Assembly: GCA_012295275.1 (NCBI GenBank)
Contig: CM022672.1
Coordinates: 17,546,001-17,610,000 of the forward strand
Source: Chrysomallon squamiferum
Taxonomy: Eukaryota > Animalia > Mollusca
Direction of reading: 5' to 3'
DNA: 64,000 nt
Each line of letters begins with the position of its first letter. The stretch's first letter is position 1. Position numbers and translations under genes: made by a program. Positions 1-15,214 of this stretch are shown here, one piece after another. Under the pieces are notes generated by a model, which saw nothing but the letters and a program-made list of their open reading frames with translations, was not told the origin of the DNA and did not search any database.

Positions 1-395
1 TAAACTAGATAACAGAGTCTATTATCCCTGCTTTGTTACATTAACTAGTTGTACGAGGTATGAAAATTAAAACTTTGCGGAATTTTGCATATTTTTGATA
101 TTAGCCTACTGAGCAAGTTTTATAGAATGTACGCCGTGACCAAACCAACAGTCAGGTCTGTCTGCCGTGCACCACATTAGCATCAGATAAGACTGCTTTA
201 TACCTATCCAGAGATGTTTAGCATGAACAGTCTTTGATTTCAGTATCTAACAGTTTTAATGAAGTTTTTGTAGCTTAATCACTGCATCTGATATTTATTG
301 ATAACTCCTGCTTGATACGCCATTTTAAAGGCTCGTGTTATGATATTTGGAAAGGTTGTAACCGTTCTGGATTTGCTCCGACTCTATCGCAGAAC

Positions 396-1020
396 GGTGT
401 CGTCCCATTTATTCGACGTCCCATGTGGTCGAATTCCCAATTATCGAAATAACTTGTCTATCGAAATATCTGATTACCTATGTATGTAATGAACATTGGC
501 CTCTTCATGGTTATTCATAGTTTTTCCATGGCCTTTGTTGAATAAAACTCTGTTTATGCAAACTTTCATTAGAGGATGTGTTCTTGTTGGCTTCTTGAGT
601 ATATAAGAAGATATTTTTGAAAAACAAAAATAACACCGCTAATCATTCCGAGTATGGCTGGTTTACACAAGGTAGAATTTGTGCAGTCAAATCGCGGAAA
701 ACAACGAGTTTCGCTCTCCTCATAAAGCAGTAGTGATTCTTTTTTTGTGACATAAACATTTTTGAATAAAGATCTTTTTAAAATTATTTACTACATTCAA
801 TACATGGTTTATTTCGATATATGTCATATTTGCATACTTTATGCGATAAACGATATTTATGTCATCTATACAATAATAATCGGTTTCCAGATATAATCTG
901 TAACAGTTCATTATAATGACTGAGGTAACAGCATGCATGTCAGTAAGACCACTGAACCATCTTTGTTGTCGTTTTAGCATTTCGACCAACTGGGAATTGT
1001 ACCAAATGGGAGTAAGCCCT
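396..1020. mobile_element. Putative non-autonomous DNA transposon (MITE-like)
   Basis: The left end has ~16-bp subrepeats (cccatgtggtcgaattcccaattatcgaaat) that are imperfect inverted copies of the right end (revcomp cccatttggtacaattcccagttggtcgaaat). CAGAAC flanks both sides (390-395, 1021-1026). Confidence 0.5.
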
Positions 1021-2164
1021 CAGAACCTATCAAACTCTAATTTTAGGGACTGGGGAAAAAAAATATAATATATCCATTAAAAGTGTATTGGACATGCATG
1101 CATTTTCTCCGATATTTTGAGCATTCTGTCTGATACGATGGATAATTATACGTACACCGTTCGTGTGTTTGTGTGTGTGCCTACGCGCGCGTGTGTGTGA
1201 GTGTGTGTGTGTATCCAGTTTAATCTTGAAATGTCTGTCAAAGACAAAATCTTTAACGAGACCAGTTCTGTATCACTGACAGATAATATCCTAATCTAGT
1301 ACGAACCAGATGTGGCAACGGTCATTAAGCTAACTGTTGCCAATTCATTTCAGCTCAGTTCATTTCAGTCCAGTACCGTTAGTTTAGTTTGGCTTGGTTT
1401 ATTGTTCGTTTGCCGTGTGCACTGTGCAATATTAAATATCTGCATGTCACAGCTTGATCATTTTGGCAACAAAAGTAATTATTCTCCGGATGGTAATAGA
1501 GTGCATAATTTTTCCAAGTTAAACAGTCATGAAATATTTATCTGAATCTGTCACAGATATTTTAAAAAATAATGAAATCTGATGATTTCTCTTTCGTTTT
1601 TTGTTTTTTTTTGTTGTTTTTTGGGGTTTTTTGCAGAGTTTTATCTCTAAGTGTAGTATTTTTGGATGTATGACGTTTGTTTTGGAAATTTGGAAAGTTC
1701 TTTTTTTTTTTTTTTTTTGTTCGAGTTATTTTATTGGATTAAAAAAGTAACTGCCCGACATCGTGAAAAATGCTAACATATTTCAACACTATTTCTTCTG
1801 TTTATTTTATTTTTAGAGATATGCGTAAAAATAATTCAGTGTCAGTGGATAATTTATTTAACAATTGAAGCATCTTAGGCAAATTTTTAATTTTTTTATT
1901 TTAATTTCTGTTTATGTTTATTTAATGGGTGCATTACCTTCAGACTAATTATAGCTTCTCAGGTTTTCACATCATTTTTTTTTTTATAATAAATATTTTC
2001 AAAGAAAAAGCAAAGTCGTTTTGACAACAGTCGTGGAGCAATACCTGGAATGGAAAATAGTCTTGGAACTCTGCACTTCTTAGCAGTTTTTGTTTGTTCC
2101 TTTTCCGTTTCATTTATATCATCGTTCAGCAAGGAATATTATAAAACACCAATTATATAGACTG

Positions 2165-2307
<143 letters not shown>

Positions 2308-4518
2308 TGTTACTGAAACAATAGGCTTGATCTCTCTTAAAGTATACTACAAACACAGAATTTATGTTACAAAACTGAAAACACATTAACACACTCTACG
2401 TAACGCAGAAGGGCAAGGCCGTTATCGACACAACTGGATTTTCTGAGACGAAATCAGATCAAAATAACTAAAAAGCTCACTTGATGTTTCTTTGCTCGTG
2501 ACCTACGGATTATAGCTGTCAGCGGTGACAGAACATGTACTTGCTGGCTAATGGACCCTGATACATATTTCTTTTTAGAGTGGGGGTTTTAGTTTTTTTG
2601 AACCACGATGAGTTCCTTCTTTTAACAACGCAGTGGAAATAGATGTTAAGACCAAACGTTGTTTTGTACGTCCGAACACCTGCTGTTCACCAACAACTGG
2701 AAACATTCTTTGAACACTCCGAGAATCCTCCCGCGGAGAATTTAAAAGCGCAGACACTTTATAATTAATGTAGCGTCACTCCATAGTTGGGGAAACATTA
2801 TGGTAATTACATTCTGAAATCCCATAAACATCACAAAGAGGGTTAAATGTGGACAGTCTCCCAGACATATGCTAGCGATCCCAGAGGATGGGTGTTAGGG
2901 ACGAAGCCTACACTTGGTCACTCGCCGTTGTAGTAGAAGACTAATACAGGAATCTACTGAGTTAAAAACAGTTGCACTTTAGCTACTTGATATTCATATG
3001 GTAATACGTTTTGTCAGTTCCCAGGCCTTTTAGTCAAGATTAGTCCCCGTGATTAGATAACGCGGGCTTGGTCTTTAGCTAGTACGGTGAGTTCAAAACA
3101 GCTCGATGGCTTTGTACTGGAATTAGGAGATATTGTCATTTATTATGTATAATCCAGAACATAAAGTAGTCTGAAACGCGTCTGATCCTCCGTTAGAAGT
3201 CACGTGATAGGGTATTGACTGGAGTCGCGTTTAACCTCAGCAAATTTTTGATGTTATCAATTATTAAAACAATGGTTTCTGGTTGGTGTTATTTTTGCAA
3301 AGGTATTTTGCTTTCTATAGTCAGAAAGAAAAAGAAAAAAAACACCTTTACTCTGGCTTTTGATGCTTTTGATAATTTCAACTTTATGAATGTAAAATGT
3401 GAATATCTGTCAATCTTTTTTAACTGTTATTTGTTGACTTCATTGATTACTTCATACTTACACCTCCCTTTGTAAAATGAATTATTACTCCACACTAATA
3501 AGACACTATAGAAATTAAAGAGGATGTTAACTTAACTGTACCTTTTTAAAGAAAAAAAAAAAAAAAAAATAACCAGGAAACATTCGATTCATTTAAGTAA
3601 ACCACGTTATTCAATTTTAAATATTTTGCCAATTTTTAACTAAATTATTAACCAGTTTTATTCTTTGAAAATGTCACAATACGTATTGGAAATGTTCACT
3701 TCTGGCTGATTAATTAGCTGCAGGTGCCAGACTGATACGTGAAGCCAGGGGCAGAACTGAAATGTTCTGCAAATCACACCTGTGTCTGTGACTGCTGAGG
3801 AATACATCATTTCGCTTCAAGCAACAAACTAAATCAGCGTCTTTGAAAATTCCGTAATAAAAAAAAAAATAATAATAACAATAAATAAAACTATAAAATA
3901 TATTTGATGAAGAGGAAATGATATTTAATTGCAATTTCAGACCAGTAATTACTAATTATACAACGCAAGAAACTGATGTTACTATTAACGTCCTTATTAT
4001 CCAAAGGCTTCTTCTGTATTTGTTTTCAAGAAAAAAAAAAATACATATGCTGAAATATTTTTAGAATTTGTTTTCACACTTCCTGTTGTTATTGTTATCG
4101 ATCGAATATTAAATATTGAAATAAATATTTATGGTTTTTAACGTATCTGAATATAGAACGTTTTTACAAATTGCCACGTGGACGTGGTCGTTATGTCTAA
4201 AGGTTTTTCATCACACTAAGTGATGCGGTGAGTGTTGTTGTCTAACCTAACATTAGTTACTTCATGTTCACGGAGGCGTACGACGTGCTTTGTGGTCGTG
4301 TATCCCTGAGGCGTGTGGAAGAGTCCCCCGTATTATCTTGTCATCGGGTACGTTTAAGTGACCTCTCTATTGATTATTTGTCTTGATTTTCATCTCTGAT
4401 GATCACTGAAGTAAAGTTCCTTTTTAATGCGTGTGTATGAGTGTGTGTTTGTGTGTGTATGTGTGTATATGTGTGCGTTTATGTGTGTGTGTGCATATAA
4501 ATTTATATATATATGTAT

Positions 4519-4520
<2 letters not shown>

Positions 4521-4588
<68 letters not shown>
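4521..4588. repeat. (AG)n microsatellite
   Basis: Directly visible. Confidence 0.98.
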
Positions 4589-4590
<2 letters not shown>

Positions 4591-7163
4591 CTTTTTTTTC
4601 AACAAATAAGATCAATTATTTATTTCCTAAATTTCTACTAATGCAGAATATATAATGTCAAGCATATCAAAACAGGGGGAATCCAGTTATAGGTTTTTCA
4701 TTTTATTAGTAGGCCTGCAGCTGATGTTAAGTCAAAGTGTTAAATATTTTATGCAGCTGCTGATTGCATTTAGAATTGCTACAGCGTTTTGTCCGGTTAT
4801 TAATCATCGGCGGCACCATTATTATTGTAAGATAAGTTATCTGTAATGACTTTGATAAAGATTATTCATTTAACTCATAGATTAAATCTCAAGGGAGTTT
4901 GTCTTTAAATAAAACATTTCGTCTTTTCAGCGGAAAATAAAAACTGTAACACAAAACGTGTTTGTGTTAATCGTTACACCTGATAATTACCGCTGGTAAA
5001 TATATTTCTTCCAATTTTCGAACTGAAGATGTCTACAAGGATTACCTCATCTTTGGTCTGTATCTGTCTAGACCCTAACCATCGACCAACAAGTTCGCTT
5101 AGTTCTCTGGGTCACCGAGTCTTACAAAATCTCTCATCTTACTTGAACAGATAAAAAAAAACACAAAAAAACCGAATCCTTTAGGTTTAAATCCTGTTTT
5201 CAGCCCTAACGTTACGAGACCTCGGAAATTCGGATGCCCTCCAGTTCCAGGTCCCAAACGATATATCACAAAATCACAAAACGTACATACTGTTATTTTA
5301 GCAGCAAACAAAAACCGGCAAAGTACAAAGCAGTGCAGTTACTGTTGCAGCTCGGCTTTCGGCTTCTTATTTCGGTGTCTATCTTTCCGTTGACGGAACG
5401 TCTTCCAATTATTCTGCTCCCCGGGGATACGTTAATGGTAAATACTGAATCGCGTAAAGAAATTATTGGATTCGTGATTGTGTGCACAAAATGTTATTGC
5501 TGGCGGGCGAACACCTCTGGCAACATGCGGCATTTTACAGCTCCTCCAGACAAGCACATGGCGTGTGTGCGGGAAACACATAATTCATTTGTTATTGTTC
5601 AACTTACTACAAACGGCACGGGTTTCAGTTTACTTAGCAGTGTCCAGATGTCTTGTGCAAACCATTTCAGTACAAATAGGTAGTCTTTTGGTGTGCATAT
5701 TTGCGTTACGCAAAGCTGATTGACTATTTTTTTTCTCTCTCTTATTGTATTTCCAGTTACAAAGTAAATACTTCAGTTTGAAGCTCAGTCACTGGAGAAT
5801 ATTCTGTTGTTTTAAGACTAAGGTCCTGTCTGTACTGTCAAACGTTTATTTGGAAATTGATCAAAAAGGGTTTTCTATGAACGTTTTGAATTTTTTTCTT
5901 TTTTTTTTGGATGTTTTTTCAACACTGCTGTTAGACTCGAAACAAAGCACATGATTGTATCATGCTTTTCACATCTCATATCACGTGCTATTTAGCCTTC
6001 AGGCATTTCTGAAGTTTCTTCGTTTTCGTTTTCTTTCTTCTTTTTTTTTTTTTTTTTTTTTAGAAAATATTTTTAGCATTTTTTCTTATTAATGGAATTT
6101 CTACACAGTTAATATTTGTGTTCGCAGATGAAAACCAAACACATGACTGGTGTGGATTTTAGCAGCTATATGTCTCCAGATTTAAAAAAAAAATAACAGT
6201 AATAATAAAGATATCAGCTTTTCAGTTTCTCGTGAAATCCTTATCTACTTAACTCGTTCACTTTTTCGTTTTGTTCGTAAACTTAATTATTATCATTGTT
6301 ATTTTTTACTTAATTATTCACTTACCTTCTTAGTTAGTTAGTTATTGTTCATAGAGTATTGTTTTGCATTTTTTTTTTTTTATTATTTAAAACTGAAAGT
6401 TGATAAGCGCTTATTTCGGTAACAATACACTGAGCAACAAATGAAATTAAATCGAAACACTACGCCTGCATATCTGTGACTAGGATATTATTTTAATTAA
6501 GTAGATAATACTGAGGAAGAGCTTTTCCACCTAAATCCTATCAGAATCAAATCTGTTGAAACCGACTTACATCTTTCGCATTCAGACTGGATTTCTGGAT
6601 TCCATAGCGGGGTTTTCAACGTGAAAAGTTAATGCATACATATTTATTTCTTTACTAAATTAAACTAATGACACTCTCCGTATTTTTATTTTATTTTTTT
6701 AATTATTTTTTTTTGTGTATGTCTTTGTTCACAATCATTTACTAGCATAATTATTTACTTAATTATTACAAGTATGAATCTAGAGAATTTTTTTTTTTTT
6801 AAAATTACGTTCCTTGAAGATACGTTTTCAGAGGAGAGAATCTCGTTTCATAGTTGGATACGCCATAACGTGGTCAACTCATCCGTCTACGGGCTAGCTG
6901 TTGTGCACAAACCTAGATAACGACGTCAGCCACCATCTGCGCCGCAGACGTCTGACAGAATGATTATTACGCCGTAACGACGTTATCCCTGTATAATTTC
7001 TTTACCTGGTGCAGACCGCAATCTGCGTGGATAATGAAATAGTCTTTTAACATTGTCGATAAATTACGGGGAATTCAAATGGCTCGTGCTTTCTTTCACT
7101 ATTTACTGCAACATTTTAATTTTTTTTTTTTTTTTTTTTTACAATTTTTTGCTCCAGTCCATC

Positions 7164-7352
7164 TGTGTGTGTATGTATGTATGTATGTATGTATGTATGT
7201 ATGTATATATGTTTGTATGTATATATGTTTGTATGTATGAATGTATGTATGTAGTTACATGTACATGTGTCTATATATATGTGTGTGTGTCTGTACATGT
7301 GTGTATGTGTGTCTATACATGTATGCATATGTATGTGTTTTCTTGCTTACGG

Positions 7353-7410
<58 letters not shown>
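7164..7410. repeat. (TATG)n/(TG)n compound microsatellite
   Basis: Directly visible. Confidence 0.95.
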
Positions 7411-7413
<3 letters not shown>

Positions 7414-7643
7414 TACCTATTTTCTGGTAGATTTTTTTTATGTTATGAAATATACCTATATCTTCACACGTTAACGAACTATACTCGCGACTTACTCATC
7501 CAAAGCTACATCTCACTGGATTTACACAGAGCGAATTAATTGATTATCAATTTAATTTTCTGGACCGCTGAGGCCAATTTGTTTTATCCTGCTGCTCTAA
7601 ATTAACAAAGCCATTTATTTATATGTATATTACTCTCTGTCTC

Positions 7644-7700
<57 letters not shown>

Positions 7701-8939
7701 TTTTTATTTATTTCTACCGTTGTGGGTTTGATGAATTACTTGAAACTGTTGTTTTAACGTCCTTTTATACATGCATAAATCATTGTCTAAATTGAAGTAA
7801 TGATTTAAATAATACTTAATTTTGCCTGCGCTTAAATGATCGTTTAAATCTACACTCAATTGTGCGTGTTTCTTGTTTTGGGGGGTTTTTGTGTGTGTTT
7901 TTTTCGTATCATTACAAAATGCACTAATTAAGCAATGGATCATCAGAATAGCCTTAACGGGGAATCTAATTTTAATCAGAAGCTATAAAATATTTAAACA
8001 CATCGACTTCGAAAAACTGGTTACAAAACCCACTACTGCACTCGGATACCTCACCGAAAATAAATATGTCATTATCGGTGATCTGGTAATTACTAAGTAC
8101 ATATAATCATCAATAAAATATTCCGTTGGTAAAAGGGGTCGGTGTATATGGGACAAACACATAATCAATTCGGCCTGTCGCTCTCGCTAGTTCACACCAC
8201 GTGTTTCTCATTGACGTATCGATGTTGAAAGATTCGTGTGACGTATAGCTGGGTTTCTACGGTAGTTTGCTTTTGCCAATTATTGTCTTTCTACATCACT
8301 TCTCAGAAAATAATTTCATTCCAATCGGATTTCAGTATAATGATGATTTAAACAGATTTTCTCTGTTTGTGCGCCTTGGCCTACTTAAATTAATAATAAT
8401 CATCATAATATAATAATAATAATAATAATAATAATTATTATAATAATGATATTATTGTTATTGTTATTATTGTTGTTATTATAATTGTTGTTGTTGTTGT
8501 TATTATTATTAATTGTTAAACAAACAATATTATTACAAAAACAAACAATAAATAGGACAACAACAAATACAAGAAAAAAGGATATACCATCGCCTTTAAT
8601 AAAACAGTCGAGAGAGACTGAATAAAAACAGGAATCATTAATTAATTAGATGTAATTCATTAACGTGCTGACAGTTTTCAACTATGCGATAATGATTACA
8701 GAACAAAGATAAAATAAATATTCTTAATCCATAGTTTTTTTTTGTGTTTTTTTCACACATATATTATTTTTTTAAATTATGTGACAATTTTATTTATGGC
8801 CTATTTTTAAAGAATATTCGTTGCGTTTTTTTTTGTCATTATGCCAAATCATAATAGTTGCTTTTTTGATGGGATGGCCTTTCTCACAAAATTAACATTC
8901 ATTATAAAAAGCTTCATGATTTTAGAGTCCAATTTAATA

Positions 8940-8987
8940 CATATATACATAATACACACATACACACAATACACACACACACACACG

Positions 8988-9022
<35 letters not shown>

Positions 9023-9175
9023 ATAAACATAAACATATACACACACATGCAAACAAACATACATTCATACATTCATACATACATACATACATACATACAT
9101 ACATACATACATACATACATACATACATACATACATACATACATTAAAACATACATACATATACAGAAATATATG
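8940..9175. repeat. (CA)n/(TA)n/(TACA)n compound microsatellite
   Basis: Directly visible. Confidence 0.95.
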
Positions 9176-9863
9176 TACATTCGTCCAAACATCCGTGTCC
9201 CAGGTCATTTATCCGGCGTTCAGAAAGCCTGAATTACTAGAAGCCCAGCTTTAGAACAATAATAATTTGTAACTGTTCAGTACAGCTTCGTTCATTACTT
9301 TTCATTGTAGTTTCATGTATTAGTTTTATATTAAACTTTGATTCTGAAAAACGTAAAACACAGAATTCCGTGTCACCTTCGGTCTCAACCTTGTACATAC
9401 ATGTATATATATATTTAAAAAGTACTTAATTTCAAAGGCCCAGAGAATACCAAAGATCGACAAAATTACCAATAAAAATTTGCTCGAAAACGAAACTAAA
9501 TACCAACTTGTCTCTTTTTTTTTTTCTTTTTTCATCTTTCATTCTCTTTTTAATTTAAACCCCAGACATTAGTGTAGGATTTTTTTTTTTTTTTTTTGTT
9601 TTTTTTTTTTTTTAATTTTTAAATTAATGACTTTGGGTTGCATTATTAATCTCCCTTTGTTGTTTGATGTGAGGAATAATTTAGCTGTTCCGTGAACATT
9701 AATTACGGAATAAATGTGTACATCGCATGTCTGTGAGGTATTTGGATATGATAATAAACAACCTGTGCTAAATATGTTTGTTATAGAGGTAATTTTTAAG
9801 GGATGACATTCACGATCACCGACTTCTCGGTGTGAAGGAATAATTACGGACATTAAATGTACG

Positions 9864-9930
9864 AAGTGGACAGGTCATCGACTGGCGTTTGATATTTGAT
9901 TCTCAAGATACTGGGTTCAAATCCATATAT
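9864..9930 (+). mobile_element. Possible tRNA-derived SINE head remnant
   Basis: Pol III B-box GGTTCAAATCC at 9914-9924 with a weak A-box-like agtggacagg ~50 nt upstream; no cloverleaf. Confidence 0.3.
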
Positions 9931-11904
9931 CGTGGTCATCATCTATAAAGTCTTTAAGAAATGTTTTCAAAATTTCTTATTTTTTTTTTTTTTAACTCGG
10001 GTTTTGTGGTTGTTGTTGTTGTTGTTTTTTCATCATTTGTAAATGTTTATAATGATGTTTTATTATCGTTTTGAGATGGAAACAATCAGAGAGAGAAAAC
10101 AAAAGAGAGAGACAGAGAAAAAAGGCGAACAGGAAATATTCACCTTAGACATTTTCTGTACGTGTTAATTAAGACATAAAAACTATTAAAATTATTTGTT
10201 CCGCATTATTACGGTTCAGGGGTTTCTTTTACGGAAGGCGCCGATTATGTCTTTTAACTTACAAGACGTCTAACCCCTTGACATTTTTCATTCAGTCAAG
10301 TTTTATTTCAAGCTTTTCTGACCAGGAATAGAAGTTAATTAATGAATAGTTTCGTCAGAGCGCTATTTTGTTTCACGTTAGCCTGCTATTTTTTCAGTCT
10401 ACACGATAGGCTGCCTTTGGTTTGTTTGACTTTGGTAATGTGTTCTGAAACTGTATAGGTTTCAGTAAGCAATGACATAGGTTTCAATTATCGTCTTGTT
10501 TTCAATGTGGTAATTGCTTATACTTGTTAAACGTGAACAAGCCTTTTTCAAAATGTGTAAAAAAAAAAAAAAAAATCAAGCTCTTTAATAATAAGTTAAG
10601 TGATGTTTTCTGAAAAAGAATTTATTTTTAGCACTATAAACTGTACGATTGGTTAATACACTTGATTTAGAAAAATTATGACAGACAGAAAGAGATCAAG
10701 TATAAAATTGGATCAATACGAAGTCTAATTGCACTGTCAAAATATGCTCCAATAAATATATTTATTTATTTATTTATTTATTTATTTATTTTCGTTTCAA
10801 ACTAGACAGATACAACATGAACTGCCATGTCCAAATACGTGGTCCTGAATCACAGTTAAAACATTTTCTTGCAAACCACAGTTGAAATATGTTTCCGTCC
10901 ACTGAAAGTTCAAACATGTATAACGATGGTTCACAGTGTAACAGCTATTTTTAGTACGTTAATAATTTAATAAACATGACTCGAACCAGTACTAGGAAGC
11001 AACGCCAAAAACATTATTCAGGTTTAAGTCGACTGAATTTTAAACCCTTACAAACTGCATATTCTTTCTCATACCATTCAAACACAGACAGCCAAAATTA
11101 TTATCAAATGAAACCATGGGATAGAGTGGAAAACATTGTAAACATGAATAGCTTTGCAAAGCTGGAAAAAAAAAAAAAGAAAAAAAGCATAGTTTTATTG
11201 TTCGGTCTAAGCTGAACTTAATTAGTGCCAAGACGTGCAGACACTAAATCAATGTCAAAAGATGCGTTTCCAGCAGCAGGTATTCGAGAAGCCGCAGTCA
11301 GAATCTGCTGAAGACATAAACTGGCGGAGTTCGAGGAATCTTGGAACGGGCTGAGGAATGACCGCCAGTTTTACTGCACCGTGGACAGGTGAAAAGGTGA
11401 TTACGTTAATGTTCAGGTGCACTATTTAGGTGACTGTTAGTGACACTTCAGGCCAATTTCCAATCAATCTTCTGCATCGGCGAATATAAATGCAGATGCA
11501 AAGCACTGCCTCGGGCTCTCAATGTAATCAGCGCTGATGTTTTAGCTGTGGACGTTTTAATGTTTCATTTTCAGACCCGAGATTTTATGAAAAGGTTTCT
11601 CGTTTTCCATCTTTTTCTTCCGAAGTGCTCGAGTACTTATTGTTGTTTCATCTTCGTGTTTGATGGATCTGAAATTAGTCAGAGTCTTTACATGTCAACA
11701 CTTTCATTCTGATTCTCTCTAATTTCTTCCTTTTCTACTCATCTGCCTGTCTACCCACTTTTCCGTCTATCCGTCCATCCATTCTTCCATCCACCCACTG
11801 TCTGCTGCTGTATCTGTCTGTCTATTTATCTATCTATCTATCTGTCTGTCTATCTGTCTATCTATCTGTCTGTATATCTGTCTGTCTGAAAATCTGTCTA
11901 TCTA

Positions 11905-11946
<42 letters not shown>

Positions 11947-12340
11947 CCCCCCAAAAACAAACAAAAAAACAAAGTACTTGTGTTACAATCGAGAGATTCA
12001 AATTTAATAACTCTAAGTATCTGCAGTTGAAGACCGTGCAAGAGGCTAAACACAAAACTAAATAAAGACGCCAAACCTTGCGGGCTGCAGTCACCGACTT
12101 CGCTAGTCTGAGAAAAGAAGGCAAGTTAATTAGCGACACCGACCTAGCTAACCTAGCTGTGGGCTATTCCAATTAGGACTGCGACAGTGGGTCTACAGTG
12201 ATAGCTCGGCGACGCAGGAGGGTTTGTGCCAGAGCAGTACATCTAGCCACGTTCCTCACCCTTCGTCCGTTACAAACTTTCTAATGACGTTCGATGATTT
12301 GCCCTTCATTACGGATTCGTGCGGAGAATGTGCACGAGTA

Positions 12341-12378
12341 AAGGAAGGAAGGAAGAAATATTTTATTTAACTTGCACT

Positions 12379-12409
<31 letters not shown>

Positions 12410-12430
12410 GACCTATGGCTATAATCATGC
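12341..12430 (-). mobile_element. Possible SINE 3' tail remnant (minus strand)
   Basis: (GAAG)n followed by aaatattttatttaac, the reverse complement of a gttaaataaaa...(ttcc)n tail recalled from gastropod SINEs. Confidence 0.3.
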
Positions 12431-14928
12431 CATATATATTTATTTATTTATTTATTTATCATCCATTTATCAAGAATGGAAATCGGTTATCACAATGCGT
12501 TGTTTTTCTCTTTCTTTAATTACAGTCAACAGATTTTTCAATAGTCACCTTCCTATGGGTGGTAGAACCCACCAGATACCTCGAATTTTAATAATTTGTC
12601 AGTGGCTAAAGAATGTTACTTTAATCCTAGTCCTAATCCTAATTCATTTGTTTTCAAATTATTCAAATGAATCTGAAAATAAAAATGATTATATCAGCAA
12701 TTATTTTATTGCATTTTAATGCAAGTATTTGTTTGTTTGTTTTATTATTATTATAAATACAAATGAATATTATTTTATTGTTTATAGGCAAGTATTATTT
12801 TTATTTTTCAAAAACTTAAGGTGAAATAGTGCATGATTTAATAATCCGGATTTCTCTTCTGTGTGTTTTGTATAGTTCGGAATTCGTTCACCGACCATAT
12901 TAATTCACAGGTCATTCGTATCAGTCAAAGAGGTTTTAGTGCTCTCTACAGATGTCGCTTCTAAAGAAAAATATGACAGAAAAACTCTTTGAAATTGATA
13001 AAAACAGGAAGATATTTAATTATAGATGTAAATTAATTAAATCAATAAGCGAACATCTCGCGCATTCTATGAATAAGAAGAGCCACAGTCAAAAACGTCA
13101 TGAATGTTCAGATGAACACGATTGAAAGATCGATTTTGGAATCTTTTCTTTAGATGAACTTCAAGAAAGCGTATTCGTGAATTATGCTTTCTAGCATTTA
13201 GACAGACGTTGTACTGTCAATAAATATTGCTGAGGTATACAACTCTTTCTGAAACTGGTTTAACTGGGCAGAATAATAAGGGCTGCCTCCAGTTTGAGAT
13301 TCATGCAGAGCGTATTTACAAAATCTATAGGCATTGACCGTTGTATGTAACGATACTAGAAAATGTTATAAAGCAACTGTGCGAGAGAAACAAACTAAAA
13401 CATATTCACACGTTTACCCAGAGCATCCATAAATAATTTAAAAAAAAAAGAGATTAAGACTTCCATAAAAAGAGGAAGAAAAGGAGACACATAGATAGAG
13501 AAACAGAGACAGAGAGAGAGAGAGATGAAATGAATTATAGATAGCTTTACGAAACTTCACGAAGAATACTCTCTGTTAGGCTGTTATTATCATTACTTTT
13601 TCGTTCTTTCATCCTTTTAAAACAACCAGCCTGGGATTAGACTGGTGTGTACCGTGATTTATAACTGATTCCGCTAATGATGTTAAACCGTAATTCGCCG
13701 CGAAAGCACAGTACGGAAACCAGTCTTTTTCAAATAACATTATTGTATGTCATAATTAACCTATATGAATATTCTTTGTAGCTTACAGTTAACGCTGACG
13801 TTCGCGTTCAATGACATTAATCTCAGATTCTCCCAGATTGCGGCTGTAGAGATGAAAACGTAATTTTAGGTCTGCACTGGCGTTGAGGCAGGAGTCCCTA
13901 GACAAGCCAGTAGTTTCTAGTGAAAGCTTCAGTAATTAATTTTATTGATGAATACGTTTATTATGCGCCTGTATGAGTGCGTATATATATATATATATAT
14001 ATGTCCATTTATCATGTATGTATGTATAATCATATGTATATATTTATCTATGAATGTATGAACGTGGTGTGTATGTATGTATGTCTGTTTGTTTATATAT
14101 AATTATGTATGTATGTGTGTGTTATATGCATTTATGTATATGCATGTATGTAGGTACGTATGTATTATATATGTATGTATGTATGTATGAATGTATGTAT
14201 GTTTGTATATGTATGTGTAAGTGTATATATGTCTTTCGCTGTATGTATATGTATTTATATGTACGTGTGTGTGTGTATGGAGGGATAAACGGATGAAAGG
14301 ATGTATGCATGCATGGTAATGATGACGACGACGATGATCACGTTAATACTGATATTATTATAACTATCGTTGCTCTTGCTGCTTCTACACTCTACTACCT
14401 TCTGCCTGATACTACTACTACTACTACAAATATTTATTATTATTATTATTATTATTATTAACAACGACAACCACAACAGCATGTTTTAACCTGCTGAAAG
14501 TGTTCACTTCTTTTACAAAGCAACGTTTTCCTGCTGTTGATGTGTATCAATGTTTGTTCCTTGTGTGTCCTTGCGAACAGATTATCAATAAAGACGATTA
14601 AATAAATGTGAACGCAGGGCACAAATGGTAATAATTAATCATACTATAATGTAAAACAACACCAATAAAGAAAATACTGGGTTCAGTATTCCCATTAAAC
14701 ATCGGGTTTCGGTCGATGAACTTCAGATGCTGAAATGACGAGGCAAACAGTTAAAGTGGTGTTAACACATACCAACAAATACCGCACTATAGATTATCTT
14801 TCGTTTTTTGCTAAATCGATTTCCCTTTCTGAAAAAATATTGAATTTTTCTCTTCTTTTTTTTTTCTTTACGTATGTCGGTTTCGTGCGTATGTGTTTAT
14901 GTATGTGTATATTTGGGTGTGTGTTTGT

Positions 14929-14979
<51 letters not shown>

Positions 14980-15177
14980 TGTGAATGTGTGTGGATGGGT
15001 GGGTGTGGGTAGGTGTGTTCGGGCATGCGCGTTTAATTGTTTTTTTTTCAGAAATGAGACATACAGATATTTATATAATACTAGTTTTACCCCAGTTGCA
15101 CATATACTGCTACATAAATTGCAAATGTAAATGGTAGTCGCGTGACTTTTAACCATTGATTTTAAATTAAAATCTAA

Positions 15178-15214
<37 letters not shown>

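Noticed and set aside
3060-4240. Donor-like GTGAGT sites at ~3087 and ~4228 as upstream coding exons
   Set aside because: I could not find a convincing acceptor or ATG with an open frame leading to either site.
5234-5683. 149-aa plus-strand ORF as a separate gene
   Set aside because: No recognisable motifs. Its frame meets the nearby donor in phase 2, which does not fit exon 1 (phase 1).
9864-9930. tRNA gene at the B-box GGTTCAAATCC
   Set aside because: No acceptor, D or anticodon stems can be formed; at most a SINE remnant.
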